In this document: one piece after another, positions 26,091 through 31,713 of the stretch
Layout of the letters: every line of letters starts with the position of its first letter
Position numbering within the stretch: the first letter of the stretch is position 1
Assembly (NCBI GenBank): GCA_963718585.1
Contig: OY970357.1
Span: 90,001 to 122,000, forward strand
Source of the DNA: Candidatus Saccharimonadota bacterium
Lineage (GTDB): Bacteria > Patescibacteriota > Patescibacteriia > 2-12-FULL-60-25
DNA: 32,000 bases
Direction: 5' to 3'
The notes under the pieces: generated by a model
Told to the model about the DNA's origin: nothing
The model's database searches: none
What the model saw: only the letters and a program-made list of their open reading frames with translations
Program-made: the position numbers and the translations under genes

Positions 26091-26819
26091 ATGAACCCCA
26101 TTCTTGAAAAGCGTCTCTTCCGCGTGACGCGAAACCGCACGCTGACGCCCGATGCGTTCGAGCTTACGCTTGAACCTGCGGACGACAAACCCATGTTCCC
26201 GTTCAAGGCGGGGCAGTGGGTCTATCTCTATCTGTTGAATGACGATGGAAGTGAATGGGCACGTGCCGCATTCTCGATCGCGTCCGCGCCAACAGATTCT
26301 GCGTCGCGTTTTGATCTCGCGGTCAAAGTCTACGGTGACTACACGAAGCGTGCGCAGACGTTGAAGGAGGGGGATACGGTCCGCATCCAGGGTCCGTTCG
26401 GCCTTTTCGTCCCTAAAGAGGAAGAGGCGCCGCTCGTGATGTATGCGGCCGGGATCGGCGTCACCCCGTTCATGAGCATGATCCGCGAAGAGTTGGCGCA
26501 CGGGTGTCGGCGCGAGATGGTCTTGTTCTATACGAATAAGACCACGTCGGACATCTCATACGAAAAAGAATTACGGGAGCTTGCGGGGATGTGCCCGATC
26601 TTTAAAGTCGTTTTTGCCGTCACACGGGAGAGTCCGGACGGTTGGGATGGGGAGGTGCGACGCATCGATGCGGATATCATCCGTGCGAATGTTGACGACC
26701 CGGAATACGCTGAACATCTGATGTGTGGAACGAACGAATTCATGGATGCGGTCGCCGCAATGTTGACCGATCTGGGGGTAGATATTAAAGCGCGTTTGCG
26801 GAAAGAACGGTTTTCATGA
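26091..26819 (+). CDS. Ferredoxin-NADP(+) reductase-like FAD/NAD(P)-binding oxidoreductase
   Basis: RAAFSIAS (the RxYS-type FAD motif), GPFG, and AAGIGVTPFMS (NAD(P)-binding GxGxxP). 242 aa. Confidence 0.75.
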   Translation: MNPILEKRLFRVTRNRTLTPDAFELTLEPADDKPMFPFKAGQWVYLYLLNDDGSEWARAAFSIASAPTDSASRFDLAVKVYGDYTKRAQTLKEGDTVRIQGPFGLFVPKEEEAPLVMYAAGIGVTPFMSMIREELAHGCRREMVLFYTNKTTSDISYEKELRELAGMCPIFKVVFAVTRESPDGWDGEVRRIDADIIRANVDDPEYAEHLMCGTNEFMDAVAAMLTDLGVDIKARLRKERFS

Positions 26820-26841
26820 CATCATATCGCCAACAAATCAT

Positions 26842-27390
26842 ATGAAACGTATCCTTTCTCTCATTGCAGGGTTGAGCACCATCGCGCTCATGGGTCTCGG
26901 GTGTAACCCCGTCCAACAGGTACAGCAAAAGGTCGGTGAAGCCGTGACCGAACAAGCGGTCAAACAGGCAACAGGCGGTCAGGTGAAGGCGGATATCAAT
27001 GGCGGGCAGTACACGTTCACGGATAATAAGACCGGTTCGACCTATGTCGCGGGCGACAACGTCAAACTTCCGGATGGTCTCCCGCAGGATGTGATGATCT
27101 ATCCGGGGTCGAAGGCGATGTCCGCGATCGTTTCTAAAGCAGACAACGGGGCATCGGTGACCCTGTCGACGGGCGATGACCAGCAGAAGACCGTCAAGTG
27201 GTATGAGGATCAGATGAAGGGTGCCGGCTTTGATGAGGCAGCGAGCTACACTGCGGGAGATACGGAGATGCGTTCCTACCATAAGGACACCGTCGACGTT
27301 CTCGTCACCGTCGCGGCGGATTCTGACACGGGAGGCAGTACGATCTCCGTCGTGCGGACCGAGACCTCAAGCACAGATTCGAACCAGTAA
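26842..27390 (+). CDS. Lipoprotein-like secreted protein of unknown function
   Basis: Signal sequence MKRILSLIAGLSTIALMGLGC. The mature part has no recognisable motif. Confidence 0.55.
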   Translation: MKRILSLIAGLSTIALMGLGCNPVQQVQQKVGEAVTEQAVKQATGGQVKADINGGQYTFTDNKTGSTYVAGDNVKLPDGLPQDVMIYPGSKAMSAIVSKADNGASVTLSTGDDQQKTVKWYEDQMKGAGFDEAASYTAGDTEMRSYHKDTVDVLVTVAADSDTGGSTISVVRTETSSTDSNQ

Positions 27391-27424
27391 GAAGAAAAGA
27401 TCCCCTCACGGGGATCTTTTCTTC
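27391..27424. terminator. Strong bidirectional terminator hairpin
   Basis: Perfect 15-bp stem GAAGAAAAGATCCCC-TCAC-GGGGATCTTTTCTTC, starting at the nucleotide after the stop codon. Confidence 0.8.
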
Positions 27425-27437
27425 TGGCGGGCGTGCC
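27425..27437 (-). repeat. Orphan tRNA-Ile(GAU) 3'-end-like fragment
   Basis: Minus strand GGCACGCCCGCCA versus the tRNA 3' end GGCACGCCCACCA (12/13 identical). It sits immediately before the terminator hairpin. Confidence 0.55.
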
Positions 27438-27444
27438 CCGCACG

Positions 27445-27511
27445 GCGTATTGCGCTGACCACCCATTCTCTGCCTGCGGCGGATCACTTGGGTCTGTGCG
27501 ACGCCTGCGCT
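27445..27511 (-). repeat. tRNA-leader element, copy D (orphan, not followed by an intact tRNA)
   Basis: The minus strand shares the 25-nt block CAGACCCAAGTGATCCGCCGCAGGC with copy B, plus GAATGGGTGGTC. Confidence 0.8.
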
Positions 27512-27566
27512 CAGTTTGCCGTACAAACTGGTAAACGAGCCGGAGGAAACCGTTCAGCTCATATGC

Positions 27567-27578
27567 GTTCGAGTCCAG
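27567..27578 (-). repeat. Inverted copy of the tRNA-Ile(GAU) T-loop/T-stem
   Basis: Plus strand GTTCGAGTCCAG is identical to the tRNA sense sequence although the tRNA is on the minus strand. It is therefore an inverted repeat, located just past the tRNA terminator. Confidence 0.7.
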
Positions 27579-27590
27579 ACACATATGAAA

Positions 27591-27614
27591 ATCACCCCGT
27601 TGTATCGGGATGAT
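27591..27614 (-). terminator. Terminator hairpin after tRNA-Ile(GAU)
   Basis: Minus strand ATCATCCCG-ATACAA-CGGGGTGAT (one G:U pair) followed by TTTC. Confidence 0.6.
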
Positions 27615-27619
27615 TTACA

Positions 27620-27696
27620 TGGTGGGCGTGCCTGGACTCGAACCAGGGACCTTCACATTATCAGTGTGACGCTCTAACCACCTGAGCTACACGCCC
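27620..27696 (-). tRNA. tRNA-Ile (anticodon GAU), CCA encoded
   Basis: GGGCGTG/TA/GCTC-AGGTGGTTA-GAGC/G/TCACA-CTGATAA-TGTGA/AGGTC/CCTGG-TTCGAGT-CCAGG/CACGCCC-A-CCA. Confidence 0.92.
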
Positions 27697-27704
27697 TTAC
27701 TCGC

Positions 27705-27808
27705 CTAGACGAGCTTCGCTCCATTCTCCGCCAGAGGCGGATCACTTCGCCTACGCTCGTCGGCTCCGTTTTGCTCGCCTGCGGCTCGTAAGCTCACTTC
27801 GTTCGCAG
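27705..27808 (-). repeat. tRNA-leader element, copy C (upstream of tRNA-Ile GAU)
   Basis: The minus strand has GAGCAAAACGGAG, AAGTGATCCGCC-TCT-GGCGGAGAA, and an outer stem GACGAGC...GCTCGTC that replaces the GTCGCG...CGCGAC stem of copies A and B. Confidence 0.7.
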
Positions 27809-27850
27809 AAGCACGGAATATCGAGGCGGAACGATCGAAATCGTGCCGAT

Positions 27851-27879
27851 AGGATAGAGGAATCGGCCAGAATAGGCAA
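27851..27879 (-). promoter_or_regulatory. Candidate promoter TTGCCT-N17-TATCCT for the leader + tRNA-Ile(GAU) transcript
   Basis: Exact 17-nt spacer on the minus strand. It would give a leader of about 148 nt. Confidence 0.3.
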
Positions 27880-27934
27880 GGGGTCGGATACCTTGCCAAC
27901 CGGAGTCGAAATCGGTATGATTGTCCGCGTTCCT

Positions 27935-28420
27935 ATGACTTTCACCATCCAAGACGTGGCAACGCGTCTCGTCGTGGCAACGATCCTCACCGGGATCATC
28001 GGGATCGAGCGGGAGATCCGGCAAAAGCCGGCTGGCGTTCGAACCAATGCTCTGATCGGGCTCGGATCAGCGATCATGGCCCTGACCGGGCTGACGCTCG
28101 CGACCACATGGTCCGGGGTCGCCGGTGGCGCTTCGCCCGATCGGATCGCGTCTATCGTGGTCCAGGGTGTCGGCTTTCTCGGCGCAGGGGTGATCATCCA
28201 GTCCATGGGAGCGGTTCGTGGGCTAACGACGGCAGCGACCATGTGGGTCGTCGCTGGTATCGGAATTGCTTGCGGCTTTGGCCTCTATCCCATCGCATTG
28301 GTCGCCACAGCGATCGTCCTCGTTCTCCTCGCGATCTTCGGTCCACTTGATGCGCGGCTGATGGGGACGGAAAGCGACGGACAGAAGCACAGCGGGTGGT
28401 TCGGAAAGAAAAAGGAATGA
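27935..28420 (+). CDS. mgtC: MgtC/SapB family membrane protein
   Basis: LTGIIGIEREIRQKPAGVRTNALIGLGSA and GVGFLGAGVI motifs. Alternative starts are ATG 27917 and TTG 27893. Confidence 0.8.
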   Translation: MTFTIQDVATRLVVATILTGIIGIEREIRQKPAGVRTNALIGLGSAIMALTGLTLATTWSGVAGGASPDRIASIVVQGVGFLGAGVIIQSMGAVRGLTTAATMWVVAGIGIACGFGLYPIALVATAIVLVLLAIFGPLDARLMGTESDGQKHSGWFGKKKE

Positions 28421-28461
28421 TCCATCCCCGTTCGTCAGTAGGCGAACATGTCCGCTGTTCT

Positions 28462-28562
28462 CTGCGAGCGTAGCGAGCTTGCGTAGCGAAGCGGAGCAAA
28501 GCGCAGATGTCGCGCAGACCCAAGTGATCCGCCGCAGGCGGAGAACGGGTGGTCAACGCGAC
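28462..28562 (+). repeat. tRNA-leader element, copy B (upstream of tRNA-Phe)
   Basis: See copy A. It has the internal hairpin TCCGCC-GCA-GGCGGA and the outer stem GTCGCG...CGCGAC, and it ends 11 nt before the tRNA 5' end. Confidence 0.8.
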
Positions 28563-28573
28563 AGATCAAGCAT

Positions 28574-28648
28574 GCCGAGGTAGCTCAGTGGTAGAGCGAA
28601 GGACTGAAAATCCTTGCGTCGCCAGTTCGATCCTGGCCCTCGGCACCA
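28574..28648 (+). tRNA. tRNA-Phe (anticodon GAA), CCA encoded
   Basis: GCCGAGG/TA/GCTC-AGTGGTA-GAGC/G/AAGGA-CTGAAAA-TCCTT/GCGTC/GCCAG-TTCGATC-CTGGC/CCTCGGC-A-CCA. Confidence 0.92.
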
Positions 28649-28654
28649 TGGGAA

Positions 28655-28684
28655 ATACGATGACCTTCGGGTCATCGTATTTTC
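28655..28684 (+). terminator. Intrinsic terminator after tRNA-Phe
   Basis: ATACGATGACC-TTCG-GGTCATCGTAT followed by TTTC. Confidence 0.75.
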
Positions 28685-28696
28685 AATTCTATAAAA

Positions 28697-28709
28697 GCCA
28701 GGATCGAAC
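28697..28709 (+). repeat. Inverted copy of the tRNA-Phe T-loop/T-stem
   Basis: GCCAGGATCGAAC is the exact reverse complement of the tRNA-Phe segment GTTCGATCCTGGC. It lies 12 nt past the terminator. Confidence 0.7.
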
Positions 28710-28751
28710 GGAGCCTCTCTTCTCTCCCTAGACATTGTCCTCATTTTCTGC

Positions 28752-29237
28752 TTGAATCGCTCCGTGAACATTCGAACCTTTACCTCGATCTTGTTCTGCC
28801 TCATTCCGGCGTGCGGGTCACCTCCGCCGACCCATCCACCGATCGTCGTGACGATCCCATCTGCACCGATCAGCGCGACACCGACGGGTGATCCGCCGCC
28901 ATCATTCCACGATCCCGTCGTGGCAACGTCTGAGACCTATTACTGTTTCACGACGATCACCTTCGATCATGCCGCGACGTGCGGAAACTCCAAACAGATA
29001 TGCGACATGCTTCGGCTCATCCGCATGCGGACATTTGGCACGTCTGGGGTCGGCATCGCCGTGCTCCCATGTGAACGACAGGTGTCCGTGTACTGCTTCC
29101 AGTTCGTTTCGATGAGCGGTGAACCGGCCGCAGCATGCTATCCCACGCTGACGTCCTGCACGCTTGGTGCCGCCGAGATCGACCCGAGGAACACGAAGCA
29201 GTGCGAACGCTTCGAGACGGCTGGAAAGGATCTCTGA
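28752..29237 (+). CDS. Cys-rich secreted/lipoprotein-like hypothetical protein
   Basis: Non-ATG start (TTG 28752 or GTG 28764). Hydrophobic leader FTSILFCLIPAC, a Pro-rich linker, and 9 further Cys residues in the mature part. Confidence 0.45.
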   Translation: MNRSVNIRTFTSILFCLIPACGSPPPTHPPIVVTIPSAPISATPTGDPPPSFHDPVVATSETYYCFTTITFDHAATCGNSKQICDMLRLIRMRTFGTSGVGIAVLPCERQVSVYCFQFVSMSGEPAAACYPTLTSCTLGAAEIDPRNTKQCERFETAGKDL

Positions 29238-29267
29238 TTCCTGACCTGTCGTTCATGGACGACCTCC

Positions 29268-29290
29268 GCCCCGGTATCCCGGGGCTTTTT
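29268..29290 (+). terminator. Intrinsic terminator
   Basis: GCCCCGG-TATC-CCGGGGC followed by TTTTT. Confidence 0.7.
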
Positions 29291-29295
29291 CATAC

Positions 29296-29671
29296 GAAAA
29301 AGCACCGCGAGGGTGCTCTTTCACTTGGAGCGGGTAGCGGGAGATCTCCGTCGTCGCTTAGCTCCTCCCACGAAAACCTTCGGGTTTTCGTGTGCTTTCC
29401 TCAGAATGTGAAACCTTCCGGTTTCACCCTTCCCCGGTTCGACTCCCGCATCTGTCTGTTCAAATGAAAAAGCACCGCGAGGGTGCTCTTTCACTTGGAG
29501 CGGGTAGCGGGAGATCTCCCGCGGCCTTCGGCCTTCTGGGAACCCATCGGTTCCCAGCTCACTCCGTTCGCTCCCTCCGCCATGGGGAACTCCCGTTCCC
29601 CAACGCCCTTCCCGTTCGACTCATCCACCATCAGTCCAAAAACAAATAGACCCGTTGGGTCCACTTGTTTT
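29296..29671 (-). repeat. tRNA-Gly trailer array: two ~170-nt structured units, each ending in an orphan tRNA-Gly 3' fragment plus terminator
   Basis: Perfect 54-nt repeat at 29296-29349 and 29466-29519. The 19-nt TTGGAGCGGGTAGCGGGAG occurs three times (29325, 29495, 29671), the third being the real tRNA 3' end. Inverted T-arm copies lie at 29436-29449 (14/14) and 29613-29626 (partial). Confidence 0.9.
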
Positions 29672-29746
29672 TGGAGCGGGTAGCGGGAGTCGAACCCGCC
29701 TCTCAACCTTGGAAGGGTCGCATAATAGCCGCTATACGATACCCGC
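29672..29746 (-). tRNA. tRNA-Gly (anticodon UCC), CCA encoded
   Basis: GCGGGTA/TC/GTAT-AGCGGCTA-TTAT.../anticodon loop CTTCCAA/T-arm GCGGG-TTCGACT-CCCGC/TACCCGC-T-CCA. It closely resembles the E. coli tRNA-Gly(UCC) layout. Confidence 0.9.
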
Positions 29747-29760
29747 GAAAATGTGGCCGC

Positions 29761-29789
29761 ATCGTAGCGGAATCGGGTTCAGCTGACAA
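29761..29789 (-). promoter_or_regulatory. Promoter TTGTCA-N17-TACGAT for tRNA-Gly
   Basis: Exact 17-nt spacer on the minus strand. The -10 box ends 14 nt before the mature 5' end. Confidence 0.55.
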
Positions 29790-29798
29790 TCCTCCGTC

Positions 29799-29827
29799 TC
29801 GACAAGCGAAGAATCCTTCCTTATGAT
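29799..29827 (+). promoter_or_regulatory. Promoter TCGACA-N17-TATGAT for tRNA-Pro
   Basis: Exact 17-nt spacer. The -10 box ends 14 nt before the mature 5' end. It is divergent from the tRNA-Gly promoter. Confidence 0.55.
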
Positions 29828-29841
29828 GCGTGCGCTGCCCT

Positions 29842-29918
29842 CGGGCTGTAGCGCAGTTGGCTAGCGCACCTGCTTTGGGAGCAGGGGGTCGTGGGTTCGA
29901 GTCCCACCAGCCCGACCA
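29842..29918 (+). tRNA. tRNA-Pro (anticodon UGG), CCA encoded
   Basis: CGGGCTG/TA/GCGC-AGTTGGCTA-GCGC/A/CCTGC-TTTGGGA-GCAGG/GGGTC/GTGGG-TTCGAGT-CCCAC/CAGCCCG-A-CCA. Confidence 0.92.
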
Positions 29919-29923
29919 CGAGA

Positions 29924-29950
29924 ACATCCGCTGAAAAGCGGGTGTTTTTT
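29924..29950 (+). terminator. Intrinsic terminator after tRNA-Pro
   Basis: ACATCCGC-TGAAAA-GCGGGTGT followed by TTTTT. Confidence 0.7.
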
Positions 29951-29957
29951 AATGAAA

Positions 29958-29991
29958 CGCCCCCGGTTCCGCCAGTTGGCGGACGGGGGCG
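29958..29991 (-). terminator. Long hairpin terminator of the 152-aa gene
   Basis: CGCCCCCGGTTCCGCC-AGTT-GGCGGA(C)CGGGGGCG with one bulge. On the minus strand it is followed by TTTCATT. Confidence 0.6.
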
Positions 29992-30005
29992 GAGTGCCAC
30001 TGGGA

Positions 30006-30464
30006 TCAGTGGAGAAAGTACCGTTCGGCGCTCGCTGCGCGTCCCGGTACCGACAGGATGATCGCGGCGATGCGCACGTCCTTGTTGAGAAGGGCCTTCA
30101 CGGCCATTTGCTGCTCGAGCTTATCGGGAAGCGGGAAGACGAACAGCTCCCGCGTTTCCTGGATCAATCCCGATAGGCGAGCGAACCAGATGCACCTTCC
30201 GCGGGTCTCGATCCGCACCTTGAGCCATCTGCCCCACCAGATCTGTGGTTCCGGTGCATCCGCATAGGAGATGCGGATGATCGGGAGAGGGTGGGGTATG
30301 GGCTGGACCATGTCTGCGCGGAGGATCGTCATCTGTTCCAGCGCATCGATGAGCTCTTCGCGTTCCGCGCTTTCGGATCTCGATCGCACTGTCGCAAGTT
30401 TTTCGCGCACCGGGACCGAGACCAGGCGCGTGTCCTGGTCATCGTCATCATCGTCCTTTTTCAT
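30006..30464 (-). CDS. Hypothetical protein with poly-Asp N-terminus
   Basis: Start at MKKDDDDDDQD (ATG 30464) with GGAGG 4 nt upstream. 152 aa, no recognisable motif. The upstream part of ORF 30006..30674 overlaps the divergent GT4 gene and was discarded. Confidence 0.5.
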   Translation of the reverse strand: MKKDDDDDDQDTRLVSVPVREKLATVRSRSESAEREELIDALEQMTILRADMVQPIPHPLPIIRISYADAPEPQIWWGRWLKVRIETRGRCIWFARLSGLIQETRELFVFPLPDKLEQQMAVKALLNKDVRIAAIILSVPGRAASAERYFLH

Positions 30465-30514
30465 CGCACCTCCCATGTAAAGAACGCCTTCCAAGATAGC
30501 TGATTTTGCACGTC

Positions 30515-30543
30515 TTGTCAATCCATCGGCCTCCCCGTACTGT
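30515..30543 (+). promoter_or_regulatory. Promoter TTGTCA-N17-TACTGT placed for leaderless transcription of the GT4 gene
   Basis: Exact 17-nt spacer. The -10 box ends 6 nt before the ATG at 30550, and there is no SD. Confidence 0.45.
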
Positions 30544-30549
30544 TGCGTT

Positions 30550-31713
30550 ATGAAGATCGCGATCGACGCCCGGATGATGGGTCCCGACGCCACGCGGGGC
30601 ATTGGGAGGTATGTGGAGGAACTCGTCGGTGCGATGCTCGCGATCGCTCCCGAACATCGATATGTACTTGTCACGCGGACGTTGACGCATCGGTTCGTGG
30701 ATCATCCATCCGTCGAGACCATTGTCGCGAATGTTCCATGGTATGGCGTCGCCGAGCAAGTGCGCATGCCGAAGGTGTTCGCAGCGATCCAGGCGGATCT
30801 CGTCCACGTGCCTCATTGGAACGTTCCGGTCCGATATCACGGACCCCTCATCGTCACGATCCACGATCTGATACTCCGTCATACGCCGGACAGCGCCAAG
30901 ATCTCGACGCGATCCGCCCCCGCGCGCTGGATCAAGCGGCTCGGATATCGGTTCGTGCTTGGGCGGGCGATCAGTCACGCGTCCAAGATCCTCGTTCCCA
31001 CACAATATGTCGCTAAGGACGTCGGCCGGTTCTATCCCGCATCGAGAACAAAGCTCTGTGTGACGGGAGAGGGGATGCCGGGTCTCGAAATTCGAAGCGT
31101 GAAACCCGAAGATCAGGAAGGATCAGATCACGAGCTACGAGCTACGAGCTTTGCGGGTAACGCGCCCTATCTGCTCTACGTTGGTTCCGCGTATCCGCAC
31201 AAAGGCCTCGAGGATCTTCTGAGCGCGTGGCAGGAGATCGCGTCGGCGTATCCGGACCTCCATCTCAAGATCGCCGGAGAGCGTGATGGTTTCATGCAAA
31301 AGATCGAGACGAGCGTGACCTCCCAGCAGCTCCCTCGGATCACATTCCTCGGACGTGTTTCGGACACGGATCTGAAAGGCTTGTATGAACAGGCCGCAGG
31401 GTTTGTCTTTCCCAGTCATGATGAGGGTTTTGGGCTGCCACCGCTCGAGGCATTGGCGCACGGGTGTCCGGTCCTTTCCTCGGACGCGGGACCCTTGCCG
31501 GAGGTCCTTGGTCCGGATGGGGCGATCTTCTTCCGCGTCGGCCAGCCGAATGCTATACTTGCGGCGGTTCACACGCTGATGAGCGACCAGGAAACGGCGC
31601 GACGTAAAGCCGTTTCCGCCGCACGGTCACTCGCTCTGCGTCACTCGTGGACACACGCGGCGCGCGCGACGCTGGATGCGTATGCGGACGCGTGTCATTT
31701 CCGTTCCGCATGA
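30550..31713 (+). CDS. Family-4 (GT-B, Glycos_transf_1) glycosyltransferase
   Basis: MKIAIDARMMG...GIGRYV N-terminus and FVFPSHDEGFGLPPLEALAHGCPVLSS (the EX7E motif). Confidence 0.85.
   Translation: MKIAIDARMMGPDATRGIGRYVEELVGAMLAIAPEHRYVLVTRTLTHRFVDHPSVETIVANVPWYGVAEQVRMPKVFAAIQADLVHVPHWNVPVRYHGPLIVTIHDLILRHTPDSAKISTRSAPARWIKRLGYRFVLGRAISHASKILVPTQYVAKDVGRFYPASRTKLCVTGEGMPGLEIRSVKPEDQEGSDHELRATSFAGNAPYLLYVGSAYPHKGLEDLLSAWQEIASAYPDLHLKIAGERDGFMQKIETSVTSQQLPRITFLGRVSDTDLKGLYEQAAGFVFPSHDEGFGLPPLEALAHGCPVLSSDAGPLPEVLGPDGAIFFRVGQPNAILAAVHTLMSDQETARRKAVSAARSLALRHSWTHAARATLDAYADACHFRSA

Noticed and set aside
29296-29671. Possible CRISPR array
   Set aside because: The repeats are 54-97 nt long with 161-176-nt periods, contain tRNA 3' ends and terminators, and number only 2-3 copies. 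There is no 25-40-nt repeat/spacer regularity and there are no cas genes.
29135-29706. Four ORFs (29135..29467, 29392..29649, 29483..29683, 29491..29706) and three ORFs at 3782..4327
   Set aside because: They run through the tRNA trailer repeat arrays and orphan tRNA fragments. Their repeated peptide strings (for example KKHREGALSLGAGSGRSP twice) mirror the DNA repeats, and they have no start-site signals.
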